This document shows, one piece after another, positions 27,573 through 36,277 of a DNA stretch of 64,000 nt. A program made the translations under genes and the position numbers. This DNA comes from an uncultured Eubacteriales bacterium. GTDB lineage: Bacteria > Bacillota > Clostridia > Oscillospirales > Acutalibacteraceae. Location of the stretch: NCBI GenBank assembly GCA_900315255.1, contig OMYH01000024.1:740-64739 (forward strand), in the 5' to 3' direction. Below the pieces are notes generated by a model. The model was not told the origin of the DNA, made no database searches, and saw nothing but the letters and a program-made list of their open reading frames with translations. Every line of letters begins with the position of its first letter. The first letter of the stretch is position 1.

Positions 27573-28280
27573 TTACGTCAGCGGATAGATTTTATAATAA
27601 TTATTCATATTGGTGAACTTCTCATAATAAAGCTCATCGGTGGTGACCTCTATATCGAGCTTTGTTTTGTTCAGGCGGTTGACTGCCCTGCACAGACGCT
27701 CCCCGTCCTCGGCGGAGAATCCCTCATACTTAAAATACCCGAGGGTAATATGCGGTGTGAGCGGATAAGGCAGCGCGCGAACGCAGTCAACAACACCGTA
27801 AAGAGATATCAGCTTATCGTAGTCCTCTTTTGTCTTGGGTCTGAGCGCAAGAACGACCGACATGCCTACCATATTAATAAGATAATTCGATTCAAAGCAA
27901 ATCGTGTTCTTGTCTATCTTTCCCGAACAGGCATATTTAAGCAGGATTATCTCGTTGCGGAACATATCCTCCCCGATCTCCGACACATTCCCGGAGTTGC
28001 TCAGATCATGCAGCGTGATATGCAGGTTATCGTTTTTAAGCCGCTCGGCAAAGCAGCCGCCCGCTTCGGCGTATAATGCATTAACCAGTTCGCCGACCTG
28101 CGTCTTTGCTTCATCGGGCAATTCAAAAATAACCGTATCGCCATAAAAACGTCTGAATCTGTTGGAACTGTCGACCTTATCTCTTAGAGCAGGGTTCACC
28201 GAAAAATATTCGTTCGGCAGCGTCATCACGGGCTGTTCAAATGTCTGTATTCGTTTCAGAAACTGTTCATAATTCTCCAC
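27573..28280 (-). CDS. 2H phosphoesterase superfamily protein (LigT/2'-5' RNA ligase-like)
   Basis: Two HxT/S motifs lie in the expected arrangement: LHITLHDL and PHITLGYF. Confidence 0.6.
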   Translation of the reverse strand: MENYEQFLKRIQTFEQPVMTLPNEYFSVNPALRDKVDSSNRFRRFYGDTVIFELPDEAKTQVGELVNALYAEAGGCFAERLKNDNLHITLHDLSNSGNVSEIGEDMFRNEIILLKYACSGKIDKNTICFESNYLINMVGMSVVLALRPKTKEDYDKLISLYGVVDCVRALPYPLTPHITLGYFKYEGFSAEDGERLCRAVNRLNKTKLDIEVTTDELYYEKFTNMNNYYKIYPLT

Positions 28281-28314
28281 GGATAAACCTCCCTTTACGA
28301 TAAAAATAAAAGAT

Positions 28315-28716
28315 TTATTTATTATTATTCATTTCTTCCGATTGTTTCGCAATATTATACATATTTATTACCTGAACCCTGACCAACCCTGCCGAAACAA
28401 GAAGAACTATCGGCATTGATATGTTTAGCCCGAATTTTCCTGCAATTATTATCACGAACGTCTCTAAAGCAAGGATCAATAGTATTTTCAATATCTCTTT
28501 GCCGATATTAGTTTCCAAAGTATGATTTTCTTGCCTGTTTTTTACCTTCTCTAAATTCTTCAGAAAAACAGCATAGCTTTCTTTTAACGTTTCGTCCTCG
28601 GGAGGCTTTCTAAGCTATTCTTTAAAAGTAGATTCAGTGCCGCCGTCGACTAATATCATAAATTGTCTGTCGGAAAAATATGTATATTTTCCATTTGGGA
28701 ACATATATTTTACCAT
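28315..28716 (-). pseudogene. Small membrane-protein gene with an in-frame TAG (or two separate small ORFs)
   Basis: The ATG at 28716 opens MVKYMFPNGKYTYFSDRQFMILVDGGTESTFKE-TAG-LRKPPEDETLKESYAVFLKNLEKVKNRQENHTLETNIGKEILK... This continues in the same frame into track ORF 28315..28518, which has only a TTG start. Confidence 0.4.
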
Positions 28717-28734
28717 ACAACAACGTCCTTTATT

Positions 28735-29268
28735 TTACTCCCTTTTGAGCCTTGACGGCAGCTTCTTCGATATTCTGATAAGATCCTCATCAAGAACAAC
28801 GTTGTACAGATGAGGGTCAAGCACAAGCCGAGTACAGTTCTCCGCAGCGTCGAGCAGTTCAAGGCAGTTCTCATAAGGCATATTCACAAGCGAAGCGCCC
28901 TTGAGGTTCTCCTGTCTTGCGTTCTCCATTCTTGAATAGACAGGCATATATATAAATCCGTCTTTAGCCTTATAATACTGCGGAGTTACAGTGATCGTCC
29001 CCTTTGCGGGGAACATGACGGAGTTATCTGTGTTTCCATTCGGATCGACATTTTCCGCATCGGTCGTGACTGCTGCAGGTACGAACAAATTCGAGTCACG
29101 CAGACAGCTCAAAAGCGAAAACATATTCTCCTTGTTCCTGTTTTTGATGAATCTCACCACCAGACCGCAGAGGACATCTCCGTTTTTCAGCATTTCGGGA
29201 GTAACAACAAACCCCTTGCCCGCTGTATTTTTACTGCGGTCGGCTGAGCCGTTAACATTTGCTTTCAT
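28735..29268 (-). CDS. SseB-like domain protein (tentative)
   Basis: Its size and the segment NLFVP...MPVYSRMENA...LVLDP resemble the SseB N-terminal domain family. The assignment is weak. Confidence 0.35.
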   Translation of the reverse strand: MKANVNGSADRSKNTAGKGFVVTPEMLKNGDVLCGLVVRFIKNRNKENMFSLLSCLRDSNLFVPAAVTTDAENVDPNGNTDNSVMFPAKGTITVTPQYYKAKDGFIYMPVYSRMENARQENLKGASLVNMPYENCLELLDAAENCTRLVLDPHLYNVVLDEDLIRISKKLPSRLKRE

Positions 29269-29438
29269 GTGTTTTTCTCCATATCATAGTGTTTATTATC
29301 ATTATTATAAATAAAATTACGCTTTATGTCAATGAAAATTATGACAATTTTCATTCGTGAGAAAATATGTTTTCAAAGTTGCGTTTTTTCTTTTGTTATG
29401 GTAAAATCAATTACAGACTATTTCAAAGGAGAGTTCTT

Positions 29439-29951
29439 ATGAAAAAGCAATTTCTGGAGGTAGGTCAGATAGTCAATACCCACGGACTAAAGGGCGAAAT
29501 GCGTGTTGACCCGTGGTGCGACGGCCCCGAATTCTTATGTATGTTCAAGACGCTGTACCTGAAAAACGGTGATAAGCTTAAAATAACCAAATCTCGTGTA
29601 CAGAAAAATGTCGCCGTTATAAAAGCCGAGGGCATAGATACCATTGAGCAGGCGGATAAGCTGAGACGTACAGTTCTGTATATAGACAGAAACGATATAG
29701 AGCTTGACGAGGACGTGTTCTTCGTGCAGGATATTCTCGGCTGCAGAGTTACCGATATTGATACAAAGAAGGAGTACGGTACGGTAACGGACGTTCTTAA
29801 AACAGGAGCGAACGACGTCTATCAGATAACGGACGACATCGGAAAAAATTATCTCATTCCCGTAATAGACGATGTTGTTATCTCCACGGATACCGACGAG
29901 GGCATCATAGAAATACGTCCGCTGAAAGGAATATTCGAAGATGAGGATTGA
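29439..29951 (+). CDS. rimM: 16S rRNA processing protein RimM
   Basis: MKKQFLEVGQIVNTHGLKGEMRV is the typical RimM N-terminus, and the gene is followed by trmD. I chose the start at Met25 of the track ORF, which has an AAGGAGAG RBS. Confidence 0.85.
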   Translation: MKKQFLEVGQIVNTHGLKGEMRVDPWCDGPEFLCMFKTLYLKNGDKLKITKSRVQKNVAVIKAEGIDTIEQADKLRRTVLYIDRNDIELDEDVFFVQDILGCRVTDIDTKKEYGTVTDVLKTGANDVYQITDDIGKNYLIPVIDDVVISTDTDEGIIEIRPLKGIFEDED

Positions 29952-30684
29952 CATAATAACCCTGTTTCCCGAGATGTGTGAGGCTGTTCTGAGCGAGAGC
30001 ATTATCGGCAGAGCAAGAAAAAGCGGCGCTGTTGAGATTGAGTGCCACCAGCTGAGGAATTACGCCTTTGACAAGCACAGACGTGTAGATGACGCGCCCT
30101 ACGGCGGCGGTATGGGAATGCTGATGATGGCGGAGCCTATCGCCCTGTGCTTTGAGGACATATGCAAGGAAACAAACTCACGGCCGCATTTCATCTATAT
30201 GTCGCCGCAGGGAAGAACACTCACGCAGGACAGGCTCAAGGAGCTGTCACAGCTTGACAATGTATGTATACTTTGCGGACACTACGAGGGCGTTGACGAA
30301 AGACTCATTGAGGAATATATAGACGAAGAGATCTCTATAGGCGACTATGTTCTCACGGGCGGCGAGCTGCCTGCGCTGGTATTTACCGACGCACTGGCGA
30401 GAATGATACCCGGTGTCCTGTCCGACAGCGAGTGCTTTGAGATGGAAAGTCACTATAATTCTTTGCTCGAATATCCGCAGTATACCAGACCCTCAGTATG
30501 GAGAGGACGTGAAGTTCCTGCAGTGCTTATGAGCGGTCACCACAAGAACGTTGAGGATTACAGACGGGAACAATCCGTCATAAGAACAGCTCTGAAACGT
30601 CCCGAATTACTTGAAAATGCCGCACTCACCGACAAGGAACGTGAATTAGCGGAGTCTTTAATATTCACTGAGTACAAAAAGTAA
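29941..30684 (+). CDS. trmD: tRNA (guanine37-N1)-methyltransferase TrmD
   Basis: MRIDIITLFPEM..., DDAPYGGGMGM, and CGHYEGVDERL are classic TrmD motifs. Confidence 0.95.
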   Translation: MRIDIITLFPEMCEAVLSESIIGRARKSGAVEIECHQLRNYAFDKHRRVDDAPYGGGMGMLMMAEPIALCFEDICKETNSRPHFIYMSPQGRTLTQDRLKELSQLDNVCILCGHYEGVDERLIEEYIDEEISIGDYVLTGGELPALVFTDALARMIPGVLSDSECFEMESHYNSLLEYPQYTRPSVWRGREVPAVLMSGHHKNVEDYRREQSVIRTALKRPELLENAALTDKERELAESLIFTEYKK

Positions 30685-30766
30685 AAAAAATATTATAAGA
30701 ATTGCACAAAGAACAAGTTTTCATCTTGTTTTCAAATGTTCATCAATCCAAAGTTGAAAATAACTG

Positions 30767-30794
30767 TTGACGATAGAATTTGATGTGATATAAT
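30767..30794 (+). promoter_or_regulatory. Putative sigma-A promoter of ptsH
   Basis: TTGACG, a 16-nt spacer, then TATAAT with an upstream TG. It lies about 65 nt before the ptsH start. Confidence 0.5.
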
Positions 30795-30860
30795 ATAAAT
30801 ATAAGTTTTATGCTAAGTAAAGGGCTTCAATAACAAATATTCTAAGAGAGAGGGATAACA

Positions 30861-31124
30861 ATGAGTGTTAAGGAAGTATTAGTAGAAAATCAGGTAGGCC
30901 TGCACGCACGTCCGGCTACATTTTTCATTCAGAAGGCTAACGAGTACAAAGCTTCGATCTGGGTAGAGAAGGAAGAGAGACGTGTCAATGCGAAGAGCTT
31001 GTTGGGTGTGCTTTCACTCGGTATTGTTGGCGGCACAACGATCAAGATCATTGCTGACGGTTCGGACGAAGCAGAAGCTGTTGACAGTCTGGTTGCTCTT
31101 GTTAAGTCGGGCTTTGCATCGTAA
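30861..31124 (+). CDS. ptsH: Phosphocarrier protein HPr
   Basis: The 87-aa product has the His15 site GLHARPA and the Ser46 regulatory site NAKSLLGV. Confidence 0.9.
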   Translation: MSVKEVLVENQVGLHARPATFFIQKANEYKASIWVEKEERRVNAKSLLGVLSLGIVGGTTIKIIADGSDEAEAVDSLVALVKSGFAS

Positions 31125-31186
31125 CTGTATACATTCTTACGATAGGTTAGCATTCAGCGTATTGAAAGAACATAATCCAATCATAA

Positions 31187-31211
31187 AGCATCGACTGAGT
31201 CGGTGCTTTTC
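31187..31211 (+). terminator. Rho-independent terminator after ptsH
   Basis: Stem AGCATCGAC / GTCGGTGCT with a TGA loop is followed by TTTTCTGTTT. Confidence 0.6.
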
Positions 31212-31230
31212 TGTTTAGAGGACAATAGTC

Positions 31231-33075
31231 ATGAATCCGAAAATGAAAGAACTGAGAGAAAAGGCGATGAAGCTCCCCTTAAGCCCCGGTGTGTACATTA
31301 TGCACAACTCAAAAAAGGAGATCATCTATATCGGCAAGGCCAAGGCACTCAAAAACAGAGTCAGCCAGTACTTCGGCTCGCAGAACAATCACCCGGAAAA
31401 GGTCAGGAGAATGGTCGACAATGTCGATTACTTCGAGTATATCATCACAGACAGCGAGTTTGAAGCATTGGTGCTTGAAGCAAGCCTTATCAAACAGAAC
31501 AAGCCGAGATACAACATTTTGCTGAAGGACGACAAGGGATACAGCTATATTAAAATATCGAATGAGGAATACCCACGTATAACCGAAGCCAAAAAGCCGG
31601 ACGGCAGCGGAGAGTTCATAGGACCCTACACAAGCTCGTATTATGTAAAAAACGCTGTCGATCAGGCAATAAAAATATTCCGTCTGCCCGACTGTACAAG
31701 GAGATTTCCCGAGGACTTCGGCAAAAGCAGGCCGTGCCTTAATTTCCACATAAAACAATGCTGCGGTCTGTGTACGGGTAAAATACCGAAAGAGGAATAC
31801 CTCGATACGGTACGGCAGGCGGTCGATTTCCTTAAAAAGGGTACGTCCATATCCGTAAAGGAGCTTGAACATGAAATGTACGAAGCGGCGGAGAATCTTG
31901 AATTTGAGAAAGCCGCACGGATACGTGACAGAATAACCGCAGTCAGACGCATGAGCGACAAGCAGAAGGTCGTGGCGTCAAAGGTACGTCATCAGGACGT
32001 TATCGCTTTGTTTTCCGACGGGACAGACGGCTGTTTCCAGGTGTTCAGATATAAGGAGGGGATGCTGTACGACAGAGAAACATTCCTCATCAAGGATATA
32101 GGCGATGAAAATACGGCATATTCGGAATTTATCGTGCAGTACTATACGATACGTGAAGATATTCCCCCGCAGATAACCACTGACAGAGAAATAGAGGACA
32201 AAGAAAGCTTAAACCGTTGGCTTGAAAGCCGTACCGACAAAAAAGTGAAGCTGTTTGCGCCCCAAAAGGGCGAGCAGAGTCATCTTGTCACAATGTGCAA
32301 AAACAACGCCGCTGAGGTTCTTGCGCAAAGCAAAAATACGCAGGGCAGGCAATACTCCGTACTGAAGGAGCTGGGCGATCTGCTGGGACTTGCAAAGGTA
32401 CCGTCATATATAGAATCGTATGACATATCAAATCTGGCAGGAACTGAGAATGTGGCGGGAATGATCGTGTTTGAGAACGGCAGACCGCTGAAATCGGCAT
32501 ACAGGAAATTCAAGATAAAATCGTTTGAAGGGCAGGACGACTACGCTTCGATGAATGAGGTTCTGACGAGGCGGTTCGAGGAATACCACAAGCTGAAGGA
32601 CACAAACGAGGGCTTCGGCAGACTGCCCGATCTTATCCTGCTTGACGGCGGCAAGGGTCAGATCTCTGCGGTAAAGCCCGTACTTAAAGCCGCAGGAGTA
32701 GACGTGCCTCTGTTCGGCATGGTCAAGGACGACAAGCACAAGACCAGGGCGATAACCGACGGTCAGGGAGAGATCGAGCTTAAATCTATCCGCAGCTGCT
32801 TTACGCTTGTGTCACAGATACAGGACGAGGTTCACCGTTTTGCGATCGGCTACCACCATCAGCGGAGAAGTTCATCGACATTCAAAAGCTCGCTGACAGA
32901 TATAGACGGTATAGGAAAGACAAGGGCAAAAAATCTTTTGAAGCATTTCGGGTCGATAAAGAATATCAAAGAGGCGGAGCTTGAAGAGCTTGAAAATGCG
33001 CCGACAATGACAAAGAATGCGGCGCAGGCGGTTTACAGCTTTTTTCATAAAAAGGGTGAAACAGATGATTGTTAA
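31231..33075 (+). CDS. uvrC: Excinuclease ABC subunit C
   Basis: The N-terminal GIY-YIG motif is present (PGVYIMHN...IIYIGKAKAL). A UVR domain (EFEKAARIRDRI) and a C-terminal HhH region are also present. Confidence 0.95.
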   Translation: MNPKMKELREKAMKLPLSPGVYIMHNSKKEIIYIGKAKALKNRVSQYFGSQNNHPEKVRRMVDNVDYFEYIITDSEFEALVLEASLIKQNKPRYNILLKDDKGYSYIKISNEEYPRITEAKKPDGSGEFIGPYTSSYYVKNAVDQAIKIFRLPDCTRRFPEDFGKSRPCLNFHIKQCCGLCTGKIPKEEYLDTVRQAVDFLKKGTSISVKELEHEMYEAAENLEFEKAARIRDRITAVRRMSDKQKVVASKVRHQDVIALFSDGTDGCFQVFRYKEGMLYDRETFLIKDIGDENTAYSEFIVQYYTIREDIPPQITTDREIEDKESLNRWLESRTDKKVKLFAPQKGEQSHLVTMCKNNAAEVLAQSKNTQGRQYSVLKELGDLLGLAKVPSYIESYDISNLAGTENVAGMIVFENGRPLKSAYRKFKIKSFEGQDDYASMNEVLTRRFEEYHKLKDTNEGFGRLPDLILLDGGKGQISAVKPVLKAAGVDVPLFGMVKDDKHKTRAITDGQGEIELKSIRSCFTLVSQIQDEVHRFAIGYHHQRRSSSTFKSSLTDIDGIGKTRAKNLLKHFGSIKNIKEAELEELENAPTMTKNAAQAVYSFFHKKGETDDC

Positions 33076-33173
33076 TCTTCCTAAAAAGCTTGAAATTTTA
33101 CATGATATGACGCAGTATAGCCATAAAAAGGGGACTGCACAGTAAACACTTACTCCCAGATTATTGGAATTAA

Positions 33174-33217
33174 AGAAACACCGCCAATTCTGACATTTGG
33201 CGGTGCTTCTTTTTTTA
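33174..33217 (+). terminator. Rho-independent terminator after uvrC
   Basis: Stem AGAAACACCGCCAA / TTGGCGGTGCTTCT is followed by TTTTTTT. Confidence 0.7.
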
Positions 33218-33350
33218 TTATTATTAATTATTCTTTTTGAAATTTTATTTTACATATTTAAGCAAAATCTCTATATTTTATACTTGAATTACGGCGCAAT
33301 TATGTTATAATATATATGTTATTCTTAAAATTGTCTGAAGGAGATGTAAA

Positions 33351-34787
33351 ATGGAAGCAAAACAAATTCTTTCCGTATTTATGAGTATTGCAATGCTGTG
33401 TCCTGCATGTATACCTGCAAATGCGGATACAACAGACAAGGAAACCGGAAAAACCGCCATCTACTACTTTCTCGCCCCCGATAACCGGTTCGACACAACA
33501 AAGGGTGCAAAAAACGAGGACATAGGATCATTCAACCGGAACGAAGACATCACCATGAAACCGTGGCTAGGCACAAAGATTAAACTCTCTCCCGAAACCG
33601 GTTTAAATATCTATAAAATAGAAAATATCCCCACGGAGTATACAAATATCGTCTTTAATTCATATTTCAATGTAAACATAAGCTCGCTGACAGAAGACAG
33701 ACCTTATGCGTGCCAGACAGACGACCTGACCACCACAGGCTGCAAGACAGGCGAATGCCCTTATGACAAAACGCTGACCACCGACAGCTTTGACGGCTGG
33801 ATATATGTCTGCAACTTAAACGACATTTACGACAATCCTGCCAACGTAAACAGCTGCACAGGCGGAGCATGGTTCACGCTTGATAATTACAGAAGCAGCA
33901 GCGATTATTACGGCACTTACGGTCTGACAGAAGATACAGACACCGGAACTTACCCCGGAACATACGGCGACTATGAATATGATCTGAACTCCGACAATAC
34001 CGTCACCATCACGAGTTATTCCGGCAGCGACTCCTATGTTAACGTACCGGAAGAGATCGATGGCAGGAAGGTAACGTGTATCGGCGACGAAGCCTTCAAA
34101 AACAATACTGCTATTAAAAGCCTTGATCTCCCGAAAAGCGTCACAACAATAGGCAATTCTTCCTTTGAGAACTGCACCGGAATGAAGAGCATTTTGGGAC
34201 CCGGCTTAACAAGCATAGGCGAATCGTCTTTTGCGGGGTGCAGCGGTTTTAACGGTATGACGTTTTATTCATCCATGTCGGAAATGGGACGCTGCGCAAT
34301 GGCAAATTGCTCGGGACTGGAACACCTTGTGTTTAAAGAGGGCATGACCGAAATTCCTGAATATGTATTTTGGAACTGTACGAATGTAAAAACGCTTACC
34401 ATCCCCGAAAGTTTAACGACGATCGGAGAATCCGCATTCGGACAATGCGCGGGCATAACCGAAATAAGCTATGCCGGTTCGGAGTCACAGTGGAAGCAGA
34501 TCACAATCGAAAGCGGTAATGAGTCTTTGAAAAATGCGGTTGTACATTACGGCAAGACAACATCAGACGTGATCTGCGGCGACGTTGACGGCGACGGCAA
34601 GATCTCTGCAAAGGACAGTATGACAGTTCAGCGTCATGTCGTCAAGATCAAAAAGCTCGGCGATAGCTTGCTTGCTGCCGCAGATGTAAACGGTGACGAT
34701 AAGGTAACCAACAAAGACTCTCTCGAGATACTGAGATTTACTATAAAACTGTCCAACAACGACAGAATAGGCAAACCGACAGCCTGA
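33351..34787 (+). CDS. Secreted BspA-type leucine-rich-repeat protein with a C-terminal type I dockerin
   Basis: It has a signal peptide. LRR units of the BspA type are present (IGDEAFKNNTAIKSLDLPKSVTTIGNSSFENCTGM...). The dockerin has duplicated Ca-binding segments GDVDGDGKISAKDSMTVQR and ADVNGDDKVTNKDSLEILR. Confidence 0.8.
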   Translation: MEAKQILSVFMSIAMLCPACIPANADTTDKETGKTAIYYFLAPDNRFDTTKGAKNEDIGSFNRNEDITMKPWLGTKIKLSPETGLNIYKIENIPTEYTNIVFNSYFNVNISSLTEDRPYACQTDDLTTTGCKTGECPYDKTLTTDSFDGWIYVCNLNDIYDNPANVNSCTGGAWFTLDNYRSSSDYYGTYGLTEDTDTGTYPGTYGDYEYDLNSDNTVTITSYSGSDSYVNVPEEIDGRKVTCIGDEAFKNNTAIKSLDLPKSVTTIGNSSFENCTGMKSILGPGLTSIGESSFAGCSGFNGMTFYSSMSEMGRCAMANCSGLEHLVFKEGMTEIPEYVFWNCTNVKTLTIPESLTTIGESAFGQCAGITEISYAGSESQWKQITIESGNESLKNAVVHYGKTTSDVICGDVDGDGKISAKDSMTVQRHVVKIKKLGDSLLAAADVNGDDKVTNKDSLEILRFTIKLSNNDRIGKPTA

Positions 34788-34990
34788 GCTTATTTGCAGT
34801 ACCGGACAGGATATCACTTGTGCGATACTGCTTTTTTTAATTAAGTAAAAAATTAACAAAAGGTAAATTTTGCGATCTTATTCAAAAAAAATGTAATTAA
34901 TTTTAATAAACCACTTGTAAAATTACCAAAAATAGTATAAAATATATAACGTACTAATTATAGTAATTCTATTTTAGGAGGATAAATAAA

Positions 34991-36025
34991 ATGGCAGTAA
35001 AAGTTGCAATTAATGGTTTTGGCCGTATCGGCCGTCTTGCTTTCCGTCAGATGTTTGGCGCAGAGGGTTATGAGGTAGTTGCTATCAACGACCTTACAAA
35101 ACCTTCAATGCTCGCTAACCTTCTCAAGTATGACACAGCACAGGGTGGTTACTGTGGTGTTATCGGTCAGAACGCTCACACGGTTGAGGCTGACGACGAG
35201 GCTAACACAATCACAGTTGACGGCAAAACACTCACAATTTATGCTAAGGCTAACGCTGCAGAGCTTCCTTGGGGCGAGATCGGCGTTGATGTAGTTCTCG
35301 AGTGCACAGGCTTCTATTGCTCAAAGGCTAAGAGCCAGGCTCATATCGACGCAGGCGCTAAGAAGGTAGTTATCTCTGCTCCCGCAGGCAACGACCTCAA
35401 GACTATCGTATTCAGCGTAAACGAGGATACACTCACAGCTGACGATACTATCATCTCCGCTGCTTCCTGCACAACAAACTGCCTTGCTCCCATGGCAAAG
35501 GCACTCAACGACTATGCTCCGATCCAGAGCGGTATCATGAGCACGATCCACGCTTACACAGGCGATCAGATGATCCTTGACGGTCCTCACAGAAAGGGCG
35601 ACCTCAGACGTGCAAGAGCAGGCGCTGCTAACATCGTTCCGAACTCAACAGGCGCAGCTAAGGCTATCGGTCTTGTAATCCCCGAGCTCAACGGCAAGCT
35701 CATCGGTTCTGCACAGAGAGTTCCTGTTCCGACAGGTTCAACAACTATCCTTACAGCAGTTGTTAAGGGCGCAGACGTTACTAAGGAAGGCATCAACGCA
35801 GCTATGAAGGCAGCAGCTTCCGAGTCCTTCGGCTACAACGAGGATCCGATCGTTTCTTCTGACGTTATCGGCATGAGATACGGTTCACTCTTCGACGCTA
35901 CACAGACAATGGTTTCCAAGATCGCTGACGACCTCTATGAGGTACAGGTTGTTTCTTGGTACGACAACGAGAACAGCTACACAAGCCAGATGGTAAGAAC
36001 TATCAAGTACTTCGCAGAGCTGTAA
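34991..36025 (+). CDS. gap: Glyceraldehyde-3-phosphate dehydrogenase
   Basis: [15 protein letters not shown], the active site [12 protein letters not shown], and WYDNE. Confidence 0.95.
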   Translation: MAVKVAINGFGRIGRLAFRQMFGAEGYEVVAINDLTKPSMLANLLKYDTAQGGYCGVIGQNAHTVEADDEANTITVDGKTLTIYAKANAAELPWGEIGVDVVLECTGFYCSKAKSQAHIDAGAKKVVISAPAGNDLKTIVFSVNEDTLTADDTIISAASCTTNCLAPMAKALNDYAPIQSGIMSTIHAYTGDQMILDGPHRKGDLRRARAGAANIVPNSTGAAKAIGLVIPELNGKLIGSAQRVPVPTGSTTILTAVVKGADVTKEGINAAMKAAASESFGYNEDPIVSSDVIGMRYGSLFDATQTMVSKIADDLYEVQVVSWYDNENSYTSQMVRTIKYFAEL

Positions 36026-36045
36026 GTTCACTGTTTGTACAACCT

Positions 36046-36074
36046 CTCCCCCGTTCATTCGGGGGAGTTTTTTT
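36046..36074 (+). terminator. Rho-independent terminator after gap
   Basis: Stem CTCCCCCG / CGGGGGAG with loop TTCATT is followed by TTTTTTT. Confidence 0.8.
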
Positions 36075-36277
36075 ATCCTTTTTTAGTATTACTTAAACAT
36101 TTAGCCAAGACTAATTTCTTACCAAAAAATTCCGTTTTACCCGGTGATATTTGACGACCTGATGTACGAATAATTAACAGTATGTTAAAATATTGACGTA
36201 GTATTTAAAGTATAATTTTAGTGAATGTGAATATTTGATAACACGCTAAATAGTTAACAGAAAAGAGGAATGCATTT

